Origin: a virus
Taxonomy: Duplodnaviria; Heunggongvirae; Uroviricota; Caudoviricetes
DNA length: 64,000 bases
IMG/VR virus record: IMGVR_UViG_3300044796_000394
Strand: one strand, 5' to 3'
The notes under the pieces were generated by a model. The model ran no database searches, was not told the DNA's origin, and saw nothing but the letters and a program-made list of their open reading frames with translations. This document shows positions 38,253-47,345 of this stretch, one piece after another; position 1 is the first letter of the stretch; each line of letters begins with the position of its first letter. A program made the translations under genes and the position numbers.

Positions 38253-38906
38253 TTAGCGAGCAGAAATTCGTCTCTTAACTGCTAGACGTTTTTCGTCATA
38301 TTCACTTTGTACGAGTTTGTGAATTCCTACTCCCATCTCCCCATTATGACCAGCGAATTCATCCACCCATCCGCCAAAATCACGAATATCAATTTTCGTA
38401 TTTCCATTCATGAACTTGCGAAATGCGTCCCATGTATTATACAAATAATCGTTTTTGCGAGCTGCTTTCCAGAAATATCCATTATCGTCAGTACGACCAT
38501 TATATCTTCCCTTGCGATCAACACGATAAAGTCTACCTGCCCGCAATAGAATAGTTAACAATGTAAGTCGATTGCCTGTGCCCCAAAATTTACCGGGAAC
38601 CACAGCGAGGACATACCTGTTATTCGATTTGATAAAGCGGCAACGATACTTGTAGCCAACATGAAGAATTCTTTCGGCGTGTCGTACAAAGCCGATAATC
38701 GCTCTACGACTGTGAATATGACCAAAAGGCTTTCCTTCAGCATCTTGGTGTGCCAAAGCGTGTACGAGCCTTTTAGGTCTTGGGCAATTGGTATGGAATT
38801 GCTCACGACAAGAATGCCAAATAAGCATTTTGACGCTATTAAAGTAACCAAAATCACCACCGTTAATGCCATAAAAGCACTTCGGAATTCTGACAATTGG
38901 CTTCAT
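38253..38906 (-). CDS. Hypothetical protein, W-x-x-CRE-x-FH family
   Basis: GDFG...WHSCREQFH...PGKFW...LLTILLRA. Confidence 0.65.
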   Translation of the reverse strand: MKPIVRIPKCFYGINGGDFGYFNSVKMLIWHSCREQFHTNCPRPKRLVHALAHQDAEGKPFGHIHSRRAIIGFVRHAERILHVGYKYRCRFIKSNNRYVLAVVPGKFWGTGNRLTLLTILLRAGRLYRVDRKGRYNGRTDDNGYFWKAARKNDYLYNTWDAFRKFMNGNTKIDIRDFGGWVDEFAGHNGEMGVGIHKLVQSEYDEKRLAVKRRISAR

Positions 38907-39562
38907 GACTTTGCTCGTTTTTTAGGAAAACAAAGATCGAAATTCGTAGAACACTTATCTCTGAATCGATGATTAACGAAATCACATACCCACCCTAAAA
39001 ACTTATTAGCATAAAAACGATTTGTGACTTTTGTTTGGCCGCTCATGAATGCCTCAAAAGCATCCCAAGTTTCTTTTAGGTAAGGCTCATGACGACAAAC
39101 CGCCCAAAAATCATCACCACGATATTTGTGAAACCTCTGCGCAGCCCGCAAGAGAATAGTAAATAAATTACTGCAGACTCTTTCGCACCAAAACTTACCC
39201 AACTCTATCGCCAAAACGTTGCGATGGTTTGTCCGTATAAAGGTACAACGCTCCGTAGACTTTAACTTCAAAATCTTTTCGGCGCAACGAATAAAAGCCT
39301 TAATGTGACGGTTTTGACGGTTTTGACATTCTTCCTCAAAATTATCACATGAAAGGGTTGCGAACAGAATTATTTGTTTGGGTTTATGACTGGCAACACA
39401 TTTGCCTTTTTTATTGAATGTTAAATCAATGTACGAATGGAAGATTTCACGACACGTGTACCAATTGGTAACAGGACGAAGACCTCTCTCCGCAACAATC
39501 ACCCCAAAGTTCCCCATTTGAAACTTATACGGGGATTTTGGGACTTTGATGATACGTGGCAT
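38903..39562 (-). CDS. Hypothetical protein, W-x-x-CRE-x-FH family
   Basis: GNFG...WYTCREIFH...LGKFW...LFTILLRA. Confidence 0.65.
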   Translation of the reverse strand: MPRIIKVPKSPYKFQMGNFGVIVAERGLRPVTNWYTCREIFHSYIDLTFNKKGKCVASHKPKQIILFATLSCDNFEEECQNRQNRHIKAFIRCAEKILKLKSTERCTFIRTNHRNVLAIELGKFWCERVCSNLFTILLRAAQRFHKYRGDDFWAVCRHEPYLKETWDAFEAFMSGQTKVTNRFYANKFLGWVCDFVNHRFRDKCSTNFDLCFPKKRAKS

Positions 39563-39581
39563 GTCGCACCAATTGATTTAC

Positions 39582-40055
39582 TTAACTCGTCACTGCTTCA
39601 CTGTAAGCGACTTTGATCTGCTTATCAAGCTCTGGCGACAATAACTCAATCTTGCTCCAATGTAAATCGTCTGGAATATTTTCTGCTTCTGTCCAAAAGA
39701 AGAACTCAATAATCATCTGGTATTCCGTGGCAGCAACTTCCTCAACAGTTTTGCCTTCCATGAAATCGTCCGTAATATTTAACGCTACTCTTAAAGCGTC
39801 TTCATAAATCGCACCACACAAATTCCTCAAAACCTTAATGGCCATCTCTGCGCCGGTATCCTTATTCTTAAGGAGCATATCCATAACATTCCGCTTCACC
39901 CAAGCATCGACAAAATGAGCCGTAGCACGATAGCGAGCTAAGACCTGTCCGGGTTGAGGTTTGTTTTTGCGAACATCAAAGAAGTTCTTACCGAACCAAA
40001 CCTTGAATTCTTCATCAGTCATTTCATTCGGCGTCGACATGGAATTCCTCCGCAA
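39582..40055 (-). CDS. Hypothetical protein
   Basis: ORF in operon. Confidence 0.6.
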   Translation of the reverse strand: MRRNSMSTPNEMTDEEFKVWFGKNFFDVRKNKPQPGQVLARYRATAHFVDAWVKRNVMDMLLKNKDTGAEMAIKVLRNLCGAIYEDALRVALNITDDFMEGKTVEEVAATEYQMIIEFFFWTEAENIPDDLHWSKIELLSPELDKQIKVAYSEAVTS

Positions 40056-40317
40056 TCTTGGCTTGCTCTGCCTTTACTTTAGCAAAATGCTCATCCAACT
40101 TGTCTTTGTTCTGCTCCTTGAACTCCATATCCTTTACCAACTGCTCTGCCATTGCTTTCAATTTCCGATTATTGATATACAAAGCCGTATTGTAAGGGTT
40201 CACAATCGGCTTTTGCTTTGGCGGTCTTTCTAACTTGTTAACTTTTTTGATATTCTGCAAAGCCTCTCTCTGCTTCTTCAACTTTTCCTTAACTCGTTCT
40301 GCCCTCTTCTTCGCCAT
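40024..40317 (-). CDS. Basic coiled-coil hypothetical protein
   Basis: TAATG coupling with the upstream gene. Confidence 0.55.
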   Translation of the reverse strand: MAKKRAERVKEKLKKQREALQNIKKVNKLERPPKQKPIVNPYNTALYINNRKLKAMAEQLVKDMEFKEQNKDKLDEHFAKVKAEQAKIAEEFHVDAE

Positions 40318-41096
40318 TACATTCTCCTGTTTCTGATAAGTGCCGCATCTTGTGCAGCGATAATTGAATCAATGCCACCACTTCCACCACCAATAGGCGC
40401 AGTATCAACATAACTCAACCGGCCTTCTGATACCGGCAACTGCGGATCATTCAAACCAATACCAACCAATCCTCTTCGCATCGGCTCAAAGAACAACGAA
40501 CTTACCTCAATCTTTGCACCTTGATCATCCGACACCTGATAAAAGATAGGTTCCATAGCACTGCGAACAACTTCCTTGAACACAGGATAAGGCTTATTCA
40601 AAGTCAACCTCACACCCTGTCGGCCAAGTACACCCAAATCTTCACGATTAGGACGGAACACCTCATGACGCAACGGGCCAGCCGCAATCGTCGGGCCATT
40701 AGACGTAGCAACACGACGATCCGAGAATTGTATCGGAACATTCGACGGCAATGATGGCATCATACCATTAGAAACACTAACTGCCGGTTCTAAAACTTCC
40801 TGCGACGTAAATTCACCCTGAAGCTGGTCGTATTGGAACTTACGATTTTTGATAATACAGCCACCTTTTGTTTCCTTGAAGGCGATTTCCCTTCTAGCAA
40901 ACTCAAAAACCTCTACATTAACAATCAGGATGTCACGACGGGTCATTTCACCCATAATAGCAGCAGCAACCTTTTCCAAGGGTACTTCTTCGGTTTTACG
41001 CTTGCCAATCACTTTAGCAAAAGTTTCGGTTTCTTCAGTGTTATATTTACCATCCTCTTGTCTTGGATGATAGTGGAACAAAATTTCATATGCCAT
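40317..41096 (-). CDS. Hypothetical protein
   Basis: GAGGAG SD, 259 aa. Confidence 0.7.
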   Translation of the reverse strand: MAYEILFHYHPRQEDGKYNTEETETFAKVIGKRKTEEVPLEKVAAAIMGEMTRRDILIVNVEVFEFARREIAFKETKGGCIIKNRKFQYDQLQGEFTSQEVLEPAVSVSNGMMPSLPSNVPIQFSDRRVATSNGPTIAAGPLRHEVFRPNREDLGVLGRQGVRLTLNKPYPVFKEVVRSAMEPIFYQVSDDQGAKIEVSSLFFEPMRRGLVGIGLNDPQLPVSEGRLSYVDTAPIGGGSGGIDSIIAAQDAALIRNRRM

Positions 41097-41115
41097 TATT
41101 ATTCTCCTCTTGCCT

Positions 41116-41295
41116 TTAAATAGCGAAGCCCCACCAAGTCTTTTTAGGTTCAGGGTGGATTATCGCCTTAAGGCTTTCTTTCTTTTGTTTCGTCAATGGC
41201 ATGTCTATAAATCTGACATCCAATTCCAATCTTTCACAAACCTTTTTCAGTTGTTCATATTGTTGTTTGACGATCTCTAAATCCGATGGGGTCAT
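41116..41295 (-). CDS. 59-aa hypothetical protein (not in ORF track)
   Basis: Hand translation MTPSDLEIVKQQYEQLKK...KKTWWGFAI fills the gap. Confidence 0.5.
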   Translation of the reverse strand: MTPSDLEIVKQQYEQLKKVCERLELDVRFIDMPLTKQKKESLKAIIHPEPKKTWWGFAI

Positions 41296-41303
41296 GCATT
41301 TAG

Positions 41304-41786
41304 TTATCCTTCGCCATAAATATCTTTCAGCTTACTTTCCATATCCGACTGAGTAGAAGGCGACGACATGACATTCTTTCCATAAAGACTGTCCATTTCC
41401 TTACGCATGTTGTAACAAAGCTCTTTTGCCGTACTATGAGCATAATCCATAGACTTCAAAAAGCCGTAAAGTTCATCCTTAACATACTCGGCCATTCTCA
41501 CCCGTTCCAACAAAGCACCAACTTCTTCATCCGATTTGGCTGATGCTTCTGCCATCTTATCACTCAAATTATGCGTTACCTTGTATTCACGCAACTTGGA
41601 ATTGAATAAGACCGTATGCTGGTCGTTCAATCTCTTAGCAATAAAAGAAGCATCATTGTGCTTGTTTTGATAATACCTATGTAACGAAGCGTACTTGGTA
41701 AGAAAGTCATTGATATTCTCTTGCGAAAACTCCAATGCCTTGTCATCAAGATTAACGTCTTCTTTGCCGACTTTGACCATTCCCAT
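41304..41786 (-). CDS. UvsY-like recombination mediator (tentative)
   Basis: Helical 160-aa protein near the helicase; pattern resembles UvsY. Confidence 0.4.
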   Translation of the reverse strand: MGMVKVGKEDVNLDDKALEFSQENINDFLTKYASLHRYYQNKHNDASFIAKRLNDQHTVLFNSKLREYKVTHNLSDKMAEASAKSDEEVGALLERVRMAEYVKDELYGFLKSMDYAHSTAKELCYNMRKEMDSLYGKNVMSSPSTQSDMESKLKDIYGEG

Positions 41787-42790
41787 TATTGTGCCTTTAT
41801 TTGAAGAAACTCTTTTATCAAATCATCAATATTGTTAATATCTGAGTAGTGGATAATCAACAATGGAATCTTTTTATCTTTAGCCCATCTACTTTTTATA
41901 TGATCTCGTTTTTTTATAGCCGCCAAATTATCAATAGCATCATCACAACTTATTGTGTTAGACCAATATACAGGAACATAATGTTGTATGCCATTATATT
42001 CAATAAGAAATTGATTTTCCTTAATGTTAACTAAAAAATCAAATGGCAACCTGTTGACACTAATGCAATCTTCAAATGTGGCTTGCCTAATAAAAGTTAA
42101 ATTTTGTTGAGACAAAAATTCAACAATCTTTTTTTCACCTCTTGATTCACAGCAAAAAGGACAACCTCTGCCGCCAGATCGATTACATATCATCGCTTCC
42201 CATTGGTGTTCTTTAACAAAAGAACATTGCCACCAAACCTTTTTATGACTTCCTGCTGTCACTTCATACGGCGTTATTTGATTTATGGAATGCCACTCTT
42301 GTGACAGAATTGGATGCGTTGTCGCCAAACAATTTGATTGTACAATTTTATGCGTACGACCGACACTGCGGCAACAAGGACATCCTCTACCAGCAAGTCT
42401 TTTTACTGGACTTGCAAACCATTCGTGATCTTCAGCAACGAAACATTTCCACCAAACTTTAATACCGCTACCAATAGTCAAATCAAACGGTGAAAAACTA
42501 TTTTTCAGATGCCACTGTTTTGCTAACTCTGGCTCTTTTGTCGCAATACAATTAGACAGAGATACTTTTTGCCCAGCACAAAAAGGACATTTCGTTTTTT
42601 CAATAACTCGTTTATTAACGGTAGTTTGCCACTCATGATCTTCGGCAGTTGAACATTTCCACCATATTTTTTTATGACTTCCAAAGCTAATTTCAAAAGG
42701 ATTTATGCCCAAATTTTTAGTCGGATGCCATTCTTTAACTATTTCTGGGTACAATTTACCGAAGCAGTTTTTATTCGTGACTTTTTTCAT
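41786..42790 (-). CDS. Treble-clef Zn-ribbon repeat (DUF4379-like) PD-(D/E)xK endonuclease
   Basis: Three EW H...GS.KK.WW.C....H.W......R....CP.C units; ESRGE...LPFDF...IEYNGIQHY...RD.IK. Confidence 0.8.
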   Translation of the reverse strand: MKKVTNKNCFGKLYPEIVKEWHPTKNLGINPFEISFGSHKKIWWKCSTAEDHEWQTTVNKRVIEKTKCPFCAGQKVSLSNCIATKEPELAKQWHLKNSFSPFDLTIGSGIKVWWKCFVAEDHEWFASPVKRLAGRGCPCCRSVGRTHKIVQSNCLATTHPILSQEWHSINQITPYEVTAGSHKKVWWQCSFVKEHQWEAMICNRSGGRGCPFCCESRGEKKIVEFLSQQNLTFIRQATFEDCISVNRLPFDFLVNIKENQFLIEYNGIQHYVPVYWSNTISCDDAIDNLAAIKKRDHIKSRWAKDKKIPLLIIHYSDINNIDDLIKEFLQIKAQ

Positions 42791-44226
42791 TGAATTTCAA
42801 TTTTTTTAGGCTCTACATTACCCGCTTTAGCTTTTCTATAATTGGTTAAGTGCATTTGCATTTCCTCTTTGGGAATTTCCGACATTAACAAAGTACCCGT
42901 ATTCATCTTATAGTGAATTTCTTGCCTACTAATGCCGTCTCTATGTTTGATAGCAAACAAACTACCAACATTACAACCAGATTCAGGTTTATTCAAAGAC
43001 CAAATAGCATCCATCGGTCGAGCTTGACCAAAACTGTCGGCCATTGCATCATCATCGATATGCCCTTCAAAGTCCTGCGCCTCACGACCCTTGCGGTTAG
43101 CCTGAATAGCCGTCAATGTACAATGTAGCTCTTCCTGTCCAAAGGCACGCATTTCACGAACCAGCAATTGACGACTCTCGTAAGTCTTCATGCCGTGGAT
43201 GTCTTTCAATTCACCGACGTAATCCACGCAAATCAAATCAGGCTTGAAACCATACAATCCCAACTGAGAAACATACGCCCGGAAAGTATTAATGTCGGCA
43301 GAACCACCCGGATAATGCTTGATAATCAACTGACGAGTATCTTCATCATGCTTAACGTGCTCAAGAATTGCCTGCTTGACAATATTTTGATCCTGCAAAA
43401 GCATCTTGAATTCAGTATTGGAAAGCAAGGAGTCAAATCGTTTGGCGATCTTGTCTTGGCTCATTTCCAACGTGATATACAAAACTTTCTTACTCAAAAG
43501 AAGGTTAGATGCTGCGGCGTTAATAAGGGCAATGGACTTACCGGCACCCGACAAACCTACGAAACAGCCGATTTCACCACGGGATAAACCCTTGGACGTA
43601 AGCATTTGATCGATGCCCTTGAAGCCGGAAGTAAAGATTTCCTTACCTGCCAACTCTTCTTGCATCCGCTGGTAACGTTCATCGAGGGTATTGAAATAAT
43701 CCAATCCCAAGTCTTGACTCTTTTCGGTAGTTAACGCACTTCGCCACAAATCCCAAATCTTTCCATAAGGATCTTTGTCAGCTTTAATGAGATCGATGGT
43801 TTGGTGAACTGCGATCTTGATGGCTTGCTTCTTGGCGAAGTCGCAAACCTTGTCCATCAAGTAGTCACGGGTTAACGACCCCGGAACATAAGACATCAAA
43901 ATCGCTTCCAATTCACCTAAGTGCAGGAAGAGGTGTTCTTTGTTCTTGCAACGTTCTTTGAGTTCTTGTTGTACGTAGGCTTTGTTTGGAAGTTGTTTGT
44001 ATTGTCCGAAGAAATCAAAGACGATCTTACAAATGAGTTCGTGGGATAAGTCGCCGAAATAAGTCGGCTTCAACAAACTGAGACATTGAACCAGAAAGTG
44101 TCTGTCAGTTAACAGAACCGCAACGATTTGTTTGTCTATCTCGTAAGAATGGTCAAAATGGGCTTCTTCTTTTTTTTCCTGTATCAAACTATGAACTAAC
44201 GCCTTGTCTTTATCACTAATCTGCAT
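42787..44226 (-). CDS. Replicative DNA helicase (DnaB/gp41-like)
   Basis: GLSGAGKS Walker A, YITLEMS, LICVDY, TAIQANR, MADSFG. Confidence 0.9.
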   Translation of the reverse strand: MQISDKDKALVHSLIQEKKEEAHFDHSYEIDKQIVAVLLTDRHFLVQCLSLLKPTYFGDLSHELICKIVFDFFGQYKQLPNKAYVQQELKERCKNKEHLFLHLGELEAILMSYVPGSLTRDYLMDKVCDFAKKQAIKIAVHQTIDLIKADKDPYGKIWDLWRSALTTEKSQDLGLDYFNTLDERYQRMQEELAGKEIFTSGFKGIDQMLTSKGLSRGEIGCFVGLSGAGKSIALINAAASNLLLSKKVLYITLEMSQDKIAKRFDSLLSNTEFKMLLQDQNIVKQAILEHVKHDEDTRQLIIKHYPGGSADINTFRAYVSQLGLYGFKPDLICVDYVGELKDIHGMKTYESRQLLVREMRAFGQEELHCTLTAIQANRKGREAQDFEGHIDDDAMADSFGQARPMDAIWSLNKPESGCNVGSLFAIKHRDGISRQEIHYKMNTGTLLMSEIPKEEMQMHLTNYRKAKAGNVEPKKIEIQ

Positions 44227-44229
44227 AAT

Positions 44230-44475
44230 TTATTTTTCTACTAGGGTAAGCTGAATTACTAAACCGAATTTATCTAACTGTGGGACGATCATATATTTGT
44301 TCAATCCTGCTTGAACGAGTATATCGTTAAAATATATGGTGTCAATCAATTCTTCATACGACCGTTTCCACTCGTAAGGAGTTGACAAAGTAAACAAGTA
44401 TTCATCATTGAGCAGTTGCTGCACCAAGTTGACAGCTTCACGGACTCTGACTTGAGTAGACCAATAGTTGTACAT
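44230..44475 (-). CDS. Small hypothetical protein (paralog of next ORF)
   Basis: YW...RVREAV...LNDEYL. Confidence 0.55.
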   Translation of the reverse strand: MYNYWSTQVRVREAVNLVQQLLNDEYLFTLSTPYEWKRSYEELIDTIYFNDILVQAGLNKYMIVPQLDKFGLVIQLTLVEK

Positions 44476-44490
44476 GTCATATATAGCAGC

Positions 44491-44739
44491 TCAAATCGTC
44501 CATGCATGCTGATTGAAACCAATCTCTACAATTTTTCCTTGATCGTACATCATATCCAAATGATACTTATAAGCGATCACCTGTTGTACATATAATGGTT
44601 CAACTGCCAATGTCAAATTAACAAAATCAGCACACACCATCGGTTCTACTTCTGAACCAAGAAAATGCTCATTAATGCGAAGATTGATCGTTTTGACCAC
44701 TTCACGGATACGAATTTCATAAAGCCAATTATTTTTCAT
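44491..44739 (-). CDS. Small hypothetical protein (paralog of previous ORF)
   Basis: NW...RIREVV...INEHFL. Confidence 0.55.
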   Translation of the reverse strand: MKNNWLYEIRIREVVKTINLRINEHFLGSEVEPMVCADFVNLTLAVEPLYVQQVIAYKYHLDMMYDQGKIVEIGFNQHAWTI

Positions 44740-44750
44740 TTTGGTGCTCC

Positions 44751-45332
44751 TTAGATTTTGTCGCCACTATTACCCATGAAATCAAATTCTGATAATGATA
44801 CAGCGCCACTTCTAACGGCACGTTCCCGGCTGATCTTTCTACCTAAGCTCTTTTGCTCATTCCAAGTAATAGACTTACAATAAGTGATGAACTTCTTATC
44901 AAAAACCAACGGGCGTTGCGGATCGGGTTTGAACTCTGCGGGCACAACTCGTCCAACGATATAGTTTAACAATTCTTCTTGATGCTTGCCGAATTTCTGC
45001 TTATTGGCTCCATGCTTGGTACGATTTTTCCACAAACCAACCAATTCGTCCACCACGTTTTTCATGAACTCGTCTTTGGCATACTCTTGGGCTTTTTCCA
45101 AACAGTCCTCAATATAAATCTGACGTTTGTAATAGCGACCTGCCCTGATGATTGCCATATGCAATCTCTGCATAATGTCTTCAATATCTTCCGTATGATT
45201 GTTTTTGACATTCTTTCTCATGAGTTGCCAAGATGCGAAATAGCAGAGATCGGTAAATTGCTTTTGCAACAGTTGATATTCCGATTCAGTCACAGCAAAT
45301 ACATCTATAGCTGACTTTTCTTTTACTTTCAT
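44751..45332 (-). CDS. Putative minimal sigma factor (region 2-like; gp55-sized)
   Basis: EDIEDIMQRLHMAIIRA ... FDKKFITYCKSITWNE...RKISRER...VSLSE resembles sigma regions 2.2-3.0. Confidence 0.45.
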   Translation of the reverse strand: MKVKEKSAIDVFAVTESEYQLLQKQFTDLCYFASWQLMRKNVKNNHTEDIEDIMQRLHMAIIRAGRYYKRQIYIEDCLEKAQEYAKDEFMKNVVDELVGLWKNRTKHGANKQKFGKHQEELLNYIVGRVVPAEFKPDPQRPLVFDKKFITYCKSITWNEQKSLGRKISRERAVRSGAVSLSEFDFMGNSGDKI

Positions 45333-45340
45333 TGATTGCC

Positions 45341-46648
45341 TTAAATTAGATTTTGAACTTCATGCCATTTTGGGCCAACCTTGGCAACTGCCTTCAAAAA
45401 CAAGCCCGGTGCCAGTTTGGATTCCGTTTCCAATACCTCTCGGCAACAAACACCAATCTTGTCAATTAACTTCTCATCCGCAATGCCGACATAAGCATCA
45501 TGGATACTCGCCACCAACTTCAAATCGCTCATTCTGGCTTCGTACAATTCCACCAGCTTCTCCAAACACACCAAAGCGCCTACACCTTGAATGATCGCAT
45601 TGCGGGCCTTGTACGGCTCTCTATCGCTAAACGGATACTTCCTGCCAAGCTTATCTGTAATGAACCCTGATTTGGCTTCTTCTTGAATAGCGTCCATAAA
45701 AGCGAACGCCTGTGGATATGATTGCTTTAACTTGTCGATAATGGATTGTGCGGCCTTTGGCGATAATCCCAATGACTCAGAAAGACTATTTGCCCCACAA
45801 CCGTACGCAACCGGCAGAAGGATCTTCTTCATCCAGTCTCTATTGGACTGATTACACTTAGAAGCCCCGGAAATCAATTTGTACGTTGCGGCATAAGCAT
45901 CCTCGCCTGAGTCTATAATACCCTTCAAGGTTTCGTCGCCACTCATCCACTGCCATACGCTAATTTCCATATGAGCGTAATCCAAAATCAGAAAAGACTT
46001 GCCCTCACCCGGCAAGAATTCCGACTTGATTTCATCTGTCATGTTGTGAGGATTGAAAGCACCATCAAAAGCCAATCGGCAACTCATCCGGCCATTCAAA
46101 GCACCATCAATCATATAAGATGAATAACGGCGTGTCGTACTTGACTCCGAACTAATCAAACCACTCGTTTCAATCGTCGGCAATACTTCCAAAGACAGCG
46201 GTGAGAAAACTTTATTGTTAACTTTTGCGAGTTTTGGATTTTGTAATTGAACACTCAACCGAGTTAACGCTTCCTTGAAAGATTCCGGTCTATTAGTTTT
46301 CAATTCGCCGTTAAATGCCTCACATACCCTCAAATCGAAGACTTTGGCTTTAACGGTCATTGGCTGGAACGGATAGTGAAATTGGAACCACGAAAACAAT
46401 TCTTTGATATTCCAAGAAACGATGGTGTGATTGCCATCGAATAAAGCAACGCTCAAAAAGCCTATTACTGTTCCGAGTCGTTCATCGTTGGAAATAGTGA
46501 TTTCTACGGATTGGCTTCGACTGTAGATTTTGATCTTGGGCGATTTGTTGTTACGAAAGTCCGTCAAATCATTTTCTAAAGAAAGATAGAATATATCTTC
46601 CCCTTCCAATAACGGAATCAGCTCCGATGAGATTTCCTGCCTAGTCAT
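45341..46648 (-). CDS. Family A DNA polymerase (short)
   Basis: GRMS...NPHNM, motif A LDYAHMEI, motif B R...KKILLPVAYG, RNAIIQG, motif C SIHDAY. Confidence 0.85.
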   Translation of the reverse strand: MTRQEISSELIPLLEGEDIFYLSLENDLTDFRNNKSPKIKIYSRSQSVEITISNDERLGTVIGFLSVALFDGNHTIVSWNIKELFSWFQFHYPFQPMTVKAKVFDLRVCEAFNGELKTNRPESFKEALTRLSVQLQNPKLAKVNNKVFSPLSLEVLPTIETSGLISSESSTTRRYSSYMIDGALNGRMSCRLAFDGAFNPHNMTDEIKSEFLPGEGKSFLILDYAHMEISVWQWMSGDETLKGIIDSGEDAYAATYKLISGASKCNQSNRDWMKKILLPVAYGCGANSLSESLGLSPKAAQSIIDKLKQSYPQAFAFMDAIQEEAKSGFITDKLGRKYPFSDREPYKARNAIIQGVGALVCLEKLVELYEARMSDLKLVASIHDAYVGIADEKLIDKIGVCCREVLETESKLAPGLFLKAVAKVGPKWHEVQNLI

Positions 46649-46679
46649 AGTTAAACATTAACCTATAGTTATAATGGTG

Positions 46680-46955
46680 TCAAGAGATTATTCCAACAAT
46701 CTTACCAATACCTACAATCCCACTTCCTTCACGAATTGTAAAGTGGCTTCCGACTTCTATTGCTGAATAATCAATGTGTTCATAGAGACATTCAAATGAT
46801 ACTTCATTAATTCCGAAATTCATAGGGTCACAAAATTTAATTCCCAGATAATCGGCTTGGTCGTAAAGAACAAGATGTGGGCGATAACCTGCAACTGTTG
46901 GCGTTCTTCTTCCGCCAATCTCTAGTAATTCTATTGCGGCTTTATACTTTGGCAT
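46680..46955 (-). CDS. Stand-alone EF-Tu domain III-like protein
   Basis: GGRRTP..AGYRP and FTIREGSGIVGIGKI match EF-Tu C-terminal GGRHTPF..GYRP and FAIREGGRTVGAGVV; AAGGA SD. Confidence 0.72.
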   Translation of the reverse strand: MPKYKAAIELLEIGGRRTPTVAGYRPHLVLYDQADYLGIKFCDPMNFGINEVSFECLYEHIDYSAIEVGSHFTIREGSGIVGIGKIVGIIS

Positions 46956-46985
46956 ATTTTTCCTTCGTTCAGATTATTCGAAAAG

Positions 46986-47098
46986 ACCCCCTGGGACCAA
47001 AGATTAAAGTACTATAGGTTAAGTACCTTTAACTGGCTTTAGAGTATTTGTGAGCACTTGTTGAATATCTTAGAACTAAAGCTCTGGTCCCGTGGGGT
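46986..47098. other. Three-way-junction structured intergenic element
   Basis: GGGACCA/TGGTCCC closing stem plus two internal hairpins. Confidence 0.5.
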
Positions 47099-47345
47099 GT
47101 AAGCCGTAGATGACTCGATATAGCGAACTCGGAATGGGGTCAGGTTTCCGGGGAGGCCCGCAAAGTGAAGCGGTCGCCGTTTTTCTCAATCAATCACAGA
47201 GAGCGAATGCTGGCTTGTGGCTGAAAGGAATCTAGGTGATTCATACCTGTTGCTAAAGTGTCTTTAGAAAGTTAGAATGTGCATCTGGTGAGGTGGTAGT
47301 TCATTAGTCAATAGTTCGTGGAAGTACGGAAAGTATATAAAACAA

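Noticed and set aside
47094-47160. tmRNA 5' end (GGGGTGTAA) or SRP RNA (TCAGG)
   Set aside because: No GG..TCGAC D-loop or 3' T-arm/CCA for tmRNA; no GGAA tetraloop or AGCAG for SRP
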